This document shows, piece by piece, positions 34,767-47,613 of a DNA stretch of 64,000 nt. Below the pieces are notes generated by a model. That model was not told the DNA's origin, ran no database searches, and worked only from the letters and a program-made list of their open reading frames with translations. Origin of the DNA: Diplonema japonicum (Eukaryota > Protista > Euglenozoa: Diplonemea); NCBI GenBank assembly GCA_964019335.1, contig OZ025656.1, positions 248,001 through 312,000 on the forward strand, written 5' to 3'. The position numbers and the translations under genes are program-made. Each line of letters starts with the position of its first letter. The first letter of the stretch is position 1.

Positions 34767-37467
34767 ATGACCAGTGTTGTTGCGCGGAATGAAGATCTCA
34801 AGCCACGGGTGCTATGGCTGTATGGCAACATGATCGGACAGGTGGTTCAGGTGGCGATGCGAGATGAACAGATCTACGAAGGGATTATGATGAGCAAATG
34901 TCCGAACAGCATGGACGTAGTGCTGGGCCACGCAAGATTAAAAGTCGCGAAGTCTGGCGACCGGACCGAGAAAACGATGCCAAAGAAGTCCCTGAAAATA
35001 TCGGCCCAAGACATCATCTACATCAATGCCATCGACATGGTGCTGTCAGCTGAGAAGGAAGCCATCTCCGTGCATGGCTTCCAGACGGACTCGGATATTT
35101 CGAAAAATGGTTTTGGGAAGGAACGCACGCTGATGAAATGGACGGCCGACACGGCGAACACTATTGCAGGGTTCGAACCCGAGGCCCACACTACAGGTGA
35201 GTGGGATCAGTTCAGCGCCAACGAAAAGCTTGGCGTCAAGAGCACCTACAATGAAAACTTCTACACAACGAAGCTCGACAAGAAGCAATTCTCCCCCGAG
35301 CAGCACAGAAAAGCTGAGGCCATCGCTGCCGAGATCGAAGGGGGAGGCAAACATGACGCACTCAGCTGGTGCGACGAAATGGACGAGGAACAACTGCACT
35401 CAGCTGTCGCCAGACCCGAAGACTTCGAGAGGCTCCGAGCGAAAGCCACTGCAGGAGGCGGCACCGGCACAGCTTATGTCCCACCAAACAGAAGGCAGAA
35501 TAAAGACGATAGCAGCGCACCTTCCACCACCCAACACACAACCTCTCAACAGCCTGCCATGCCTGCCAGCATGCCCCTTCCCCAGCAGGGCGCACCCAAA
35601 GAAGCGCCCCCCTCCCTTGTCCAACGAGGCGAAGGTCCTCCGCTCCCCATACCACTTGACTGTTACCAAAGCAACCCTGCCACTCAGAATGCAGCGCAAC
35701 AGCAGCCTTCATCCACCCCCGCTCCTGAGCCTAAAAAACATGGCTTGGAAGGCCGTCTGGGTGCTGAGCTGCTGAAGAGCAACGCACAGAGAGTATGCAA
35801 CAGCACAACCAACAACACACATGCACAGGGACAAAATGTCTTGCAACTTAAGGAGGTAGTACCCGAAGCGGCGCAGCGCACGCAGGCACGCGTGCCAAAC
35901 AGGAACGCGGAGATACAACAGTTCAAGCTGGACTCGATGAGGTTGGGAGAGGCTTTCGGGACCACCAAGAAGCCGACTCCTGCTGAGAGCACTCCGAGTA
36001 CTGATTCTAAGCAAGCGCAGCAAGCTGCAAAGGCAAAACCGAGCAAGGAGATCAAGCAGTTCATGGAAGACTCGGAGAGACTCACCCGCGCCTTCCAAAA
36101 CAAAGGTACTAAAGTAGAAAAGAAAGACGGTGCACCTGCTGCGCCCACTGCTGCTGCTCCCACAACCACTGAGACCGAAGAGGAATTGAGAGCAAGCACC
36201 GCGCCTGTCCCTGCATCTACCAATAACAGGGTGTGCCACTTTGGCTCTTCTCTTCTTACACCACCACAGAGCAAAGCGAATATTGACTGGAAGCCAGTTC
36301 TGCACTCGCAGTTCAAAGATAACAAACCGGAAGTTTGCAAAATCATTGGCTTCCGTTTGGGTGATAGAATATCGAGTGCTAAAAAGCCCGAAAAAACAGA
36401 GAAGGTAACCAACTACCCTGTTCCCGGCGATGTCGAAAACTTTAGCCATGAATGGAAGGGAGACGGGCCTTGGTATGCTGCAACATCTTACAAATTCAAA
36501 AATGCCACACAGGTGCAAAAACGAGGCGATGGAAAACAACGACTCTGCACCCAAAATGCTTTCTACTGCTGGTGGTGGTGCTGTGGACGCACGTGCACCT
36601 ATCGTACCGGCTACTCAGCCAGACGCGGCTGGCCAGCACGTGCAGCCGATGCCGCCACAGGTCGTTCCTCAGACGCAGCCAATTCAAGTCCAGCACCAGC
36701 CACAGCAACAGTACTTGATGCAGGCTCAGCCAAACCAGCAACAGTACTACCAGCAGCAAGTCTCTCCATTCCCGCAGCAAATCCAGCAGCAAATCATCCA
36801 ACCCCAGCAGCAACTACACCAACCTCTTGCCCAACCCGGCACCCCACAGCATGCGATGAACCAGCAGTACATGCAACCCCAAGTGCACTATGCCGGCGTC
36901 CAACAGCACCCTTTCCAACAACAACAACAACAACAGATCCAGCAACAAGCTGTTCTGCAGCAGCCTCAGCAACCACAGCAAGCAGGCAAAGCAAAAGACG
37001 GGAAGGATCCAAAAGATCTCAAGGAACAAGAGCAAGTGCAAGCTCAACAGGCACAAGTGCAGCAAGCCCAACAAGCTCAGGTGCAGCAAGCTCAACAAGC
37101 TCAGGTGCAGCAGCAGCAGCTGTTGCAACAACAGGCTCAACAGCAACATGCACAGGCCCAGGCTCAGGCTCAGGCCCAGCAGCATCAACATCAGCACCAG
37201 CATCAGCAACACCACCAAGTGCACCAGCTGCAGCACCCACAACATCAGCACCAACACCCACAACACCAGCACCAGCACCAGCAATTACAGCACCCACAAT
37301 TGCAACCACAACAGGTGCAACTGCAACAACAACAGGCGGCAGCTCAACAGCAACAAGTGCAGCAGCAGCAAATGCAAGTGCAACAAAGGCAACAGCCTCA
37401 ACAGCTGCAAGGCCAAATGCAGCAGATGCAGCAACAACAGATGCCGCCGTACTACGTGCAGCAGCAA

Positions 37468-37498
<31 letters not shown>

Positions 37499-38701
37499 CA
37501 CAGACGCAAGGCTATCCATACCAGTACCAAATGCAACCAGGGCAGATGCAACAGCAGCAACAACAGCAGCAAGCTCAGCAACAACAAGCTCAGCAACAGC
37601 AGTTCCAAATGCAGGCACAATATCAAAACCAGCCTGTCACTCAGGTATGCATCAGTTAGAATGCTAGTACACACCAGCTCCAGTTGGCTCCAGGCGGTGT
37701 GCCGCAGACAATGATGGCAAATGCAGCAGTCCCTACAATACAGGTTTGTCCACAACCGCAACACCGACGACACCACAGGGCGTTGAGATGCAGATGCCCC
37801 TTCAGAGGACAGGGTCGTTCCAGCAAGGAGCGTTCCCGCAGGAGTACAGGCAGCAGGTGGCGGGGATGCCACCGTCGCCTAGCATTCCTCAGGCACACCT
37901 TGCAAGGATGCCGCCCAGCCCGGCACCCCCTCAGGCGAACAACATGGTGCGGCCGGGGTACAACGGCAGGGACGTGCAGAGTCAACTGCAGCAGCAAGCG
38001 GCTGAACAGCCCGCACAGACGGTGCAGCATGGCGGAGAAGAACAGCAACAGCCGGAAGCTGTTCAGGAGGGGTCTATGGACTGGCAAGTATGGTAACAAA
38101 AAGCAGTGTTGCAATGAAACCACAGGCACGCATGCCATCCCCGCAGGGGCAGATAGCTGTACCTGGTCAGAGGATGCAAGTGCAGGGGCAGATGCCGCCT
38201 AGCCCAGCTTCACCGTACGTGCAGGGGCAGATGCCAAACCCTGCAACTCAGCCTCCGGGGCAGATGGCGCAGGTGTGTGCTTTGCTTAATTGTTTCTTTT
38301 CCAAAACTTAACTACCCTCTCCTTAGATGCCGCCAAGCCCTGCGCCTCCGACGCTGCCTTACAACATGGGCGGTGTGCAGCAGGTGCAGCCGCAGGCACC
38401 AGTGCACCCGCACACCTTGCAGCAGCCGGGCCAGATGCAGCAGGCACCGCAAATGGTGCACCAGCAAGGAATGTCTCCCACAGCTGGCATGGTTAATGTG
38501 CAGAGAAACGGCCAGCATCCTCAGTACGGTAACATGGGGATGAACCCGGCAGTTGCTACGGGTGCTCAGCAAGCTGCCAACACTCAGGCTGCAGCAGCAG
38601 CAGCAGCTCAGAACCCTGCAGGTGGCTCTGGTGGAGCAGCAGGTAACACTGGAGGTGGGAACAGGAAGAATAACAACCGCAAAAACCGCGGGAAGAATTA
38701 A
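34767..38701 (+). CDS. ATXN2: Ataxin-2/PBP1 homolog with long Q/H-rich region; introns 36231-36269, 36473-36512, 37645-37677, 37744-37778, 38088-38125, 38273-38326
   Basis: LSm domain, FQTDSDIS, LsmAD (WDQFSANEKLGVKSTYNENFYTTKLD...DEEQLHSAVAR). Six GT-AG introns chain the consecutive Q/P-rich ORFs in frame. Confidence 0.88.
36660..37640 (+). repeat. CAG/CAA/CAC-rich polyQ/QH coding low-complexity repeat in ATXN2
   Basis: Dense CAR/CAY triplets encoding polyQ, QA and QH runs. Confidence 0.85.
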
Positions 38702-39474
38702 AAAAGGAAAAAAAAAAAAAAAAAACGGAAAAACCCCACACTCCCACCCATATTGGTTACGAAGAAGAAGAAGAAGAAAAAAAAAAAAAAAGAAAAAAAA
38801 AAAGCCCGTCCCCTCTCTGGGGTGATAAAAGAAATTCTCATTTTTTTTCTCCCCTTTCATTTCCCCTTTTTTTTATGGTTTTGAGTGTCTTGCCAGGAAA
38901 AAAAAAATAAGAAAAGAAAAGTAGGAAGGACCCCATACACATCCCCCCTCTACTTTATGCGCCGCGATTTATATAAAAAAAAGAGGGTCAGTTGGCCTCC
39001 TGGATGAATATTGATTAGGTGAGATAAATAAAAGAATGAAAGAGAGGGGGACTGAAATAGCTGGGGAGGGGTGTTTTTTAGTGCTCAACTTAGATGCAAA
39101 AAAAAAAGAAAAAAAAAAAGGCAAAAGTGTGTTTCGTGCCCCTCTCCTCTTTTCCCCTTTCCCCCCTCCTCTTCTGCATTGGTTGAAAGATTTTTAAATT
39201 TAAAAAAAAAAAAAAAAAAAAAATGTTTACCCCATTCACTTCTTTCTCTTTTTTTTTTTGACTTATATATTCCGTATTTTGCCATGTTGGGGGAGAAGAA
39301 TTAAAAAAAAAAAAAAAAAAAAAATGCCTTGATTAAACTACCAATTATCAGCGAGAGTGCAGAAAAGGGAAAAAAATGGCCTTTTTTTTTTTGTTTCTTT
39401 TTTTCTTCCCCGCCCAGAACCATTTATTGAGAATCTCGGTGTCAACAAATGGATTTTTTCTTTTTTGAAGAGTG

Positions 39475-39505
<31 letters not shown>

Positions 39506-40685
39506 GGTGGGTTGTCACAACACTTCTTTCCCTGATAGTGGAGTTTTTTTTTTCTTCTCAGGGGGGAAAAAATATCCACCAGTGAAATGGTATTCTTAGG
39601 ACAAAACACCAACACTCCCCCATAGTGATTTTTTTTTTTTTTTTTGTGTGCAATATTTTCTTTTTTAAAAATTACTGTAAAACCTCTTTAAAAAGAATTG
39701 GAGTACTTTTGAGGTTTTTTGCGGTATTCCCTCATTTCTGTGTATGCAAAAAAAAAAAAAAAAAGAAAAAAAAAAGTCAAAGAAAAAAAAGAAGATGAAC
39801 ACGGGGATATTGAACACTGCAAAAGAGGTAACGAAAAAAGGGAAGGGACATATTGGGTAAAAGACTTTTTTTCTCCCCCCCCCCACTGAATTTTTTAAAA
39901 AAAAGAGGGTGAATTTATTCTCTCTCTTGGAAGGCCTCTTTTTTTGCCTCCCCCCCGGCCTTCTCGATTCTGGCTAGAATAAATTTAAAAAAAAGAAAGA
40001 AAACAAATAAAAGAAACAACCGTGGATTACCCCCCTCTTTTTGTGTGTGTGTGTGTTTTTTTTTGTAGTGGGGTGGAGCAATTGCTGAACACCACCCTAG
40101 CATAGTAATCTTTTTCTTCTTCTCTCCTGCTTCTGGGTTGCTCTTGGGATAGCTTTGGTTGGGATTGGGGGGAAATTAAAAAAAGGGGGGGGGGGAGGAG
40201 AGAGAAATCTTAAAAAGAATAAAACCAAAGACTGTTGCCGTGAATCGATCTTTCCCACCATCTCCCCACCACCACCACCACCATTGCGAGATTTTTTTTT
40301 TTGGCGGTCCTGTCACATACTGCGGGTTCCCTTCAACGACAGGAAAGAAAAAAAGGGGTATAATAATGACTAGGAAGTTTTTTTTTTCCTGAAGGAATCA
40401 CCGATCTTTGGGGCTTCATGTAGTTGGTGGGGAAAAAAAAAAAAAAAAAAAAAAAAAAAAGAATCCCCGTTTTTAGTGGAGAAGAGGCGGAAGGAAGAGT
40501 ATATGCATATATATATTATATGGTTTTATTGATGCAGGAAGCTGTTGAAAGCACTTCTTCCTCTCATAGGAATTCTTTTTTTTCTTCTTTTTTTTTTTCC
40601 CCGCCATATTTTCCTCGTTTGAAGGGGGAAAAAAAAAAAGCTATGTTTCCCCCTTCCCAAAAAACACTCTTTTTTTTTTCCGTGC

Positions 40686-40716
<31 letters not shown>

Positions 40717-40977
40717 CTTCCCCCTTTACTTTTTTTTCTTCTTCCCCCTCCCCCCCACTCTTCCCCCGACATGCAAGTTTTCTTTTTTCTTTTTATCTCT
40801 GATTATCAAAGGGAGGGGGGGGGGGGGGGGGGGTACACTGTGTTTTTTCATCCCCATCTCCATCCCCCCCCCCCCCCCCTCCACTTTTCCCGTCTTTTTT
40901 CTTCCTATTTGACCACCTGATCAAACCTTTATATATTTATATCTCAGGGGGGAGCAAAAAAATCTTTTTAAAAAAAA

Positions 40978-41349
40978 ATGAGCCTTGAGGCAGAGGTAGA
41001 GAAGCAAAGCCTTGTATTTTACAAGGGAAGGAAGAAAATGCTCGAGCCATTAAAGCACGAAGAAGATTCTACCTTTAAGGTGACGGTTGCAAAGGGGGTG
41101 TATGTGACACCCGTAGTGCGGGGGGGTTTTCTTGCAGATATCTTACGTGTTGGCAAACGAGCCCACACCTCGCACAGCGCTGCTCCGACCGATTATACTA
41201 AAAAACGTTCCCTCACCAGAAGAGTCGCCCCGCTCCCTGCACGGACCATCGCGTCATCTAAGCGATTCGTAGATGTGACCCCCAAGCCCAACGCCAGCAA
41301 CGACGCCTTTTGGCTCCATTGGGGCATGAATACTTCTTTCCGTACATGA
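40978..41349 (+). CDS. Hypothetical protein (123 aa)
   Basis: Sense-strand ORF filling a non-homopolymeric island, ATG preceded by an A-run like other genes here. Confidence 0.55.
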   Translation: MSLEAEVEKQSLVFYKGRKKMLEPLKHEEDSTFKVTVAKGVYVTPVVRGGFLADILRVGKRAHTSHSAAPTDYTKKRSLTRRVAPLPARTIASSKRFVDVTPKPNASNDAFWLHWGMNTSFRT

Positions 41350-41393
41350 CGCAGTAAAGGTGGCATTTCCATGCTGCAGTGTTTTATTGCATT

Positions 41394-41424
<31 letters not shown>

Positions 41425-41471
41425 CCTCTCTTTTTTTGAAAGAAAAAAAAAAAGAAGAAAGAATAAAAGAA

Positions 41472-42348
41472 ATGTCGCTTTCTGACTTCAACACGAAGCT
41501 CTGGTTGAAGTCCTATGTGGAAGGGGGCGTGGAACCTACACAGACCGATGCCGCAGAGTTCAAGGCTTTATTTGGTGACAATAAAAACGTAATGCAGTGG
41601 GTCAGCAGGATGGCCTCGATGTACGCAGGTATAGTTACCCCCCCCCCCCCCCCCCCCTCCCCCCTGTTTTGTAGACTATTTTACAGTTGAGAGGAATGAG
41701 CTAGAAATACAGAAGCCAGCCGTCCTAAAAAAGACGGAGAAGAGCACACCCGAACCCCAGCGAGACGGTGCCAGCGAAAAAAAGATTAAGGCGGTGAAGA
41801 AGGAAGGCGGGAAGAAGGCACAGGACCTAGCAGGGATGTCGGAGATGGGGTCCAGCTTCCAGCAAGCGAACCTTGTGGAACCGGAAGGCAAGATGGAGCT
41901 GCTTGAGGTGGCATTGGCGGCCATGAACGTTCCTGTTGAACCCGATGCAGAGGAGCGCAAGGGCGGCGCAGATGGTGTGGCAAAGATACTTCTCACAGCC
42001 ACTGACACCGCCTTTGCTTGCATCATCCATGTGCCCACCGAGTACACCGATCCCAGCAACACTGAACTCAATCCCCGTGGTTATTCCATCAGCGCCGTGA
42101 ACTGGGCAAAGGCTGCCTTCTCCACTCTCCCTGGTGATGGCAAGGGTATCGAATACCTCACCCAAACCCCCACCCTCGTCAAGGCTGTTTACAAGCCACA
42201 GCCTGACCTAGGCAGGTACACTCTCAAGGCCAAGGACGCTGTCTCAGGTGCCTCATTCGCCTTCCTGCGGGAGAAAAACCTTGTCGTCGATGATGACAGT
42301 GACGATGAGGAGTACGTGTTCGGCGACGACGACATGCCTGGTGTCTAG
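41472..42348 (+). CDS. eEF1B-like N-terminal domain fused to an uncharacterised protist domain; intron 41629-41686
   Basis: Exon 1 (…ALFGDNKNVMQWVSRMASMYA|VER) resembles the kinetoplastid eEF1B-alpha N-terminus. Exon 2 has KEGGKKAQDLAG...EERKGG and an acidic tail DDSDDEEYVFGDDD, with no EF1 GEF domain. Confidence 0.75.
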
Positions 42349-42469
42349 CCTGGTGTCTATCCAGTGGCAGGGACAGCACGGCAAGGACAGCACACTAACC
42401 AAGCAGCCGTTCTTTAGTTGGAGTGTATATATATTATTGTAAAGAACAACCGGACTACCGCATACAGGC

Positions 42470-43615
42470 ATGGAAGTGTCGGTCCTGATAGGACCCACAG
42501 GGGAGAGGTTCTGCGTGTTGGTCGAAAGCAGCGACACAACGGAAACGTTCAGAAAGAAAGTTGTTGACGCAACCGGCCTCCCATGCAGATGTGAACTATG
42601 GCATGAAGGGGTGTTACTAAATGACCCGCAGGTGATGTGCGAAGGAGATGAAGTGCGCGTGGAGAGGGAAAGAATGCCATGGGACAACATGTGCTGCTTG
42701 GATCTAGCACTGGATGTGAAGGCGTGCGGGTTTGCATTTGTGGACGATAGGTCTCTGGTGCTGATGGGCACCGACAACACCATCATGTATGTGGAATGTT
42801 CCGGCGAAAAGGGTTTGGAGATATTAAAGTTTGAAGGCAGCGTTCTGGGAATGCCACGAACAGTGGAAACCACAGAAGACGGCCAGTTCGCCATCACCTT
42901 TGGACACAGCGGAGCGTTGCAAATATGGGATGTCAAACAGAGAAAACTCCTGCAGACGGTTCACGACTCTGTCAGCTCCGCGGTCATCACCCCGACAAAC
43001 CTCGGAGTTATCGGATCGAACTGCTTTGAGCCACAGATACTCAAACGATTTGGGCTCCCTTCTGGGGAGATGATGTCCAGGACCAGAATGAGCATGAGGA
43101 TCTCGTCGGTAGGCCCCATGTCAAAGGATGGAAAGATGTTGGGGTTGATATGCTACGAGACTTCGCACACATATGTTATCGACCCCGATACGGGGAAGGC
43201 ACTGCTTGCTGTGTCGTGGATTTTTGATTCGTTTGCCTCACATGCCGTGATCCCGAAGGCATTCTCGCCTGATGGTAATACTCTACTGTGTATTGATTAT
43301 TCGTCAGGTGCGCGGTTTATAAGTACAGCTACTGGTGACACTGTGTTCACGATAACACCTGCTACTGGGCAGATAGACGGGCTTGTAGTTACGCCGGCGT
43401 GGGATTTTTTGGCGGCTACTCATCTCGACCCACATACGTGCATCGTGGTTTATCATCTCCCTGACCTTGCCAGCCCCTCGCAGCCTCTGCTCACGAAGCA
43501 GCTCGGCGGCGGTGTCTTCAAAAAAGCATCCTCAACACCCTTTAACGCCGTCAGCAAGACCGGGCAGCGTTTGGGGTGCCTAGCTGAGGACGGCTCCGTG
43601 TATTTATGGGGTTGA
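42470..43615 (+). CDS. Ubiquitin-like N-terminus + WD40/beta-propeller protein
   Basis: MEVSVLIGPTGERFCVLVESSDT (Ubl-like); LQIWDV, FSPDGN, EDGSVYLW repeats. Confidence 0.75.
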   Translation: MEVSVLIGPTGERFCVLVESSDTTETFRKKVVDATGLPCRCELWHEGVLLNDPQVMCEGDEVRVERERMPWDNMCCLDLALDVKACGFAFVDDRSLVLMGTDNTIMYVECSGEKGLEILKFEGSVLGMPRTVETTEDGQFAITFGHSGALQIWDVKQRKLLQTVHDSVSSAVITPTNLGVIGSNCFEPQILKRFGLPSGEMMSRTRMSMRISSVGPMSKDGKMLGLICYETSHTYVIDPDTGKALLAVSWIFDSFASHAVIPKAFSPDGNTLLCIDYSSGARFISTATGDTVFTITPATGQIDGLVVTPAWDFLAATHLDPHTCIVVYHLPDLASPSQPLLTKQLGGGVFKKASSTPFNAVSKTGQRLGCLAEDGSVYLWG

Positions 43616-43788
43616 TATACAACAAAAGAAAAAAAAAAGAATTCTAATTGTCCCTGGGTCGAAGGGATGACAGTGTATAGCGGGGGTAATTTCTTTTTTT
43701 TTTTTTTCCGAAGTCATATTCTACCATTTCCCCATTTTTTTTCAATCTCCCCCCAAAAAAAAAAACAAAGGGAGGGTGGTGCCTTGTG

Positions 43789-44266
43789 ATGGCGCAGATG
43801 GTCCTCCCACGGGCGGTGGAGATGAAACTGGTGATGGTGGGAGATATCGGGGTAGGGAAAACGAGCGTAGCGGCGCGGTTTATGAGAAACCAGTATAATG
43901 AAACAAACCCTTCAACCATAGGGGCGAGCTACATGTGGAAGGAGTGTTTGGTAAAGGACCAGAAGATGAAGTTCTCGGTATGGGACACAGCGGGTCAGGA
44001 ACAGTACCACTCTTTGGTGCCGATGTACTTCCGGTCGGCAGCGGTGGTTGTGTTGGTGTACGATTTGAACAGCGAAGACTCTTTGGAAGGCGCAAGAAAA
44101 TGGCAGAAACAAATTAAAGAAAACGCGCCGCAAGGTGTTCTTATTGCTCTTGTAGGGAACAAGGCCGATCTGCCTGCCTTTGATGGTTCTGAAGAGAAAG
44201 CTGAGGAGATAAAAAATTTCGTGGGAGCAGATTTAAGTTTGAAATGTTCTGCTAAGGTGTGGCTTC

Positions 44267-44301
<35 letters not shown>

Positions 44302-44472
44302 TTTTTTTCTCCCTCCAAGACGTCCGAAGGCGTGTTTGAACTCTTCGAGTCAGTTGCGCACCTCTACCTCGAGAGGCAACAACGGCAGCTTGAAGTTAAT
44401 CGCGACCGTGCAAATACGTTCATCCCGGGTCAGACTCCTCCTCCACCTAACAAACCAACTTGTAAATGTTAA
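43789..44472 (+). CDS. Rab GTPase (Rab5-like); intron 44257-44319
   Basis: GDIGVGKTS, STIGASY, WDTAGQEQYHSLVPMYFR, GNKAD, CSAK|TSEGV, C-terminal CKC; the in-frame intron contains A32. Confidence 0.92.
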
Positions 44473-45113
44473 AAAAAAAAAAAAAAATCTGCTCCCTTGT
44501 TGACCCCTATCCTCCCCCTCCCTAACAGAGGTTCTTTTTATAAAAAAAAAGAAAATGAATGTTAACCAAATTGAGGGAATTGATATAAGACGGAAAAGGG
44601 GGAGAGAGAGAAAAACGGTACAGTAAAAAAAAAAAAAGAAATATATATGAAGGCGAAAAAAAAAAAAAAGAAAATGGAAGATAGAACGCAACAAGTAGCC
44701 ATTCATGGGGGGGGACGACGATTGTCTACCCGCTTTTTTTTCTCTTTTTTCTTTGTTTGCGTCTAGAATCATGGGACGAAAGTTTTTCATAGCCAAAGGT
44801 TTTTTTTTCCATCCCGAACTGAGTTTTTTTTTCTTATTTTTCTTTTTCTTTTCCCCCTACTTCGGCGTTCGCAATGCATGCAGGCTCGTGAACGAGAGAA
44901 GGAAGAAAAGAGGAACGAGAAAAAAAAAAGAAGAAAAAAATGGAAAAAGAAAAAAAAAACTTGCGTGGGGACATTTTTTAGCAGATTCTAGATGTTGAGG
45001 GGGAAAAAAAACCCCCTTTTTTCTTTCTTTCTTTGCGTTCAGGCTTCTTTCCTTTTATTTTTCGGGTAAATTGTAGGGAAAAAAACCCCCCCGCCCCCAG
45101 GCTACCGATCATC

Positions 45114-47176
45114 ATGAAACTAGAGGCTGAAGGAGACGCCCCGTCCCCATGGCTGCTGCCGCTGCTGAGCATCGGCTCGACTGTGATGCTGTGTGTTGCG
45201 TTCATGGCAGGGTACTACGTGTGCGTGTGGAGGCCGAGATTGAAAAAGATGGAACAGAAGCAGAATGAGATTGTGAAGAACTATGGAATCGATGAGAAGA
45301 GCTACTCACTAAAGACAAAGCGCCCCGTGGGAGGCAAGGTACGAGTACTGTACGCAACAGTGAAGGGCGCAAGCAAGAAGTACGCCCAAGACACCGCCCA
45401 CGCCATGACAGAGGCAGGTTGGACCGCAACGGCCGAGAAGTTCGCCGACGCCGCCCGCGAAGCCCTCATGCAAGACGACCCTATCCTCATCATCATGCCT
45501 ACCTACGAGGACGGCAAGCCACCTGCATCCTGCACAGGGATCAGCATGTGGCTCAACGCAAGGGTTGCTGACGGCCCCAAGTTCACCAACAAGCTGCGCT
45601 ACAGCATCCTTGGCCTTGGGCACTCCGACTACGGGAAGTCCGGCTGTTACAACAAAGCCGCAAAGGACCTCCACAAAATCCTCCGCAAGCTTGGCGGGCG
45701 CCCCTTCGGCCCTGGTGTGGTACAGGGCGACGAGGCCAAGAACACCCAAGATGCCGCGTTCAGCGAATGGCTTGTCGGTGTGAAGGCAGGTGTCAACGAC
45801 ATCGACAACATGCGCGACGTGGGTGTCTACGAGGTGGGCAACGAGGACGAGGAGAAGTCCGAGTCTGCAGGCAGCGACTCCGAAGCTGAGTCAGTCCCCG
45901 ACATGGAGGACATGCTGGAGTCCAAGATAGACCCCGACGCCGAGATGCTCAACCCCAGAATGCGCAAGGCACTGACCAAGCAAGGGTACACACTACTGGG
46001 GTCGCACTCCGGTGTGAAGCTTTGCCGATGGACGAAGGCGCAGCTGCGAGGACGGGGAGGGTGCTACAAACACACCTTCTACGGCATCACCAGCTACGAG
46101 TGCATGGAAATGACACCTTCTCTCGCATGTGCCAACAAATGTGTGTTCTGCTGGAGGCACCACACGAACCCCGTGGCGAAGGAGTGGAAATGGAAACACG
46201 ACGATCCGGAGTTCCTTGTGTCAAAGGCGGTTGAGGGGCAGAGGGCGATGATTAAGCCGCTGAAGGGCGTGCCTGGGGTGATGGAGGACAGGTACAAGAA
46301 GGCGATGAACCCCTCGCACTGCGCCCTGTCGTTGGTGGGGGAGCCCATTGTGTACCCGGAGATCAACACGCTGATCGAGAAGCTGCACGAAAGGAAGATA
46401 TCGAGCTTCATGGTGACGAACGCGCAGTTCCCGGAAAAGATTGAAGAGCTGAAGCCTGTGACGCAGATGTATATCTCAGTGGACGCAGCGACCAAGGAGT
46501 CGATGAAGGCTATTGACCGTCCTGTCTTCGATGACTTCTGGGAGAGGTTCCTTGCAGGCGTCGACTTCATGCGGGCCAAGGGGCAGCGTACCGTGTTCAG
46601 GCTCACCTTGGTCAAGAACTGGAATGTTTCAGAGGTTCAGAACTACGCTGAGATCTGCCAACGGGGGCAGCCGAACTTCATCGAGGTCAAGGGCGTGACA
46701 TGGTGTGGGGAGTCTACTGCGTCAAGCCTGTCCATGTCTAATGTCCCCTTCCACAAGGAGGTGGTGCAGTTCTGCTCTGAGCTGGCTGAAGCGATCGGGC
46801 CCGACTACGCACTTGCCTCAGAGCACGAGCACTCCTGCTGCGTGCTCATCGCCCATAAGAAATTCTTTAGAGACGGTGAGTGGCACACGTGGATCGATTT
46901 TGAGAAATTCCATGAAATCATTGCGGAGGGGAAAGAGTTCACCACTGAGGACTATCTTCTGAAGTATGAATTTTTTTATTTGAAAAAAAAAAAAAAAAAA
47001 AAAAAAAAATCAGGACACCCGAGTGGGGTCAATTTGGCAGCGCTGCTCGCGGATTTGACCCTGATGAAACGAGATATGTAAAGGTATGTTTTACAGATTT
47101 TTTGGGGGGAAGGGTTTAAAAAAAAAAAAAAAAAAAAAATGCACAGGTTCGCAACCACCCTGGAAAGTCATCTTAG
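45114..47176 (+). CDS. TYW1: tRNA wybutosine synthase TYW1 (flavodoxin + radical SAM); introns 46964-47013, 47084-47146
   Basis: Flavodoxin domain, GSHSGVKLCRWT, CYKHTFYGI, ACANKCVFCWR, HCALSLVGEP. Splicing restores LK|TPEWGQFG...GFDPDETR. Confidence 0.96.
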
Positions 47177-47203
47177 AAGAAAGGGGGAAAAAAAGGTTGT
47201 TGC

Positions 47204-47232
<29 letters not shown>

Positions 47233-47236
<4 letters not shown>

Positions 47237-47613
47237 TAAAGGACCGGGGGTTTTGGCGAAAAAAGTGCCAAGGACCGTCTATTTATGAACCCGGGAAAAA
47301 AAAATGCGAGAGTTTAACCATAGGAAAGTACACCCCCAACGCACACCACCCTCATCATGGTGCTGGAGTTGGAAGAAACTCTTCAGAAGGTCCTAAGAAG
47401 CTGCTCTCAAATAATATGTACAAAAGGACACCAAGCAACCCCCTTGGGGACGGGTTTTTGTGTTTGTTCTTTGCGCAAAAGGGTATTTCAAATAAAAAAA
47501 AATCGCGGAACAATGGGTTTTAGTAAAGTCCAGGGGCTGTGTGGCACAAAAAGTGTCACATAGAAAAGATAATTTTTCTTAAGGACACATATGTCCTCAT
47601 GGTCCTTTAGTGG
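47233..47613. mobile_element. piggyBac-type MITE (381 bp), TTAA target-site duplication
   Basis: Perfect 13-bp TIRs CCACTAAAGGACC / GGTCCTTTAGTGG, TTAA at 47229-47232 and 47614-47617, subterminal near-palindrome AGGACACATATGTCCT. Confidence 0.88.

Noticed and set aside
36333-36367. Extra GTTTG...ATAG intron in ATXN2
   Set aside because: Removal creates an immediate stop, whereas the unspliced frame continues to the 36473 intron.
38702-40977. Many poly-K/F/G/P ORFs in this and other spacers
   Set aside because: Translations of homopolymer runs; the region is probably a long UTR/spacer.
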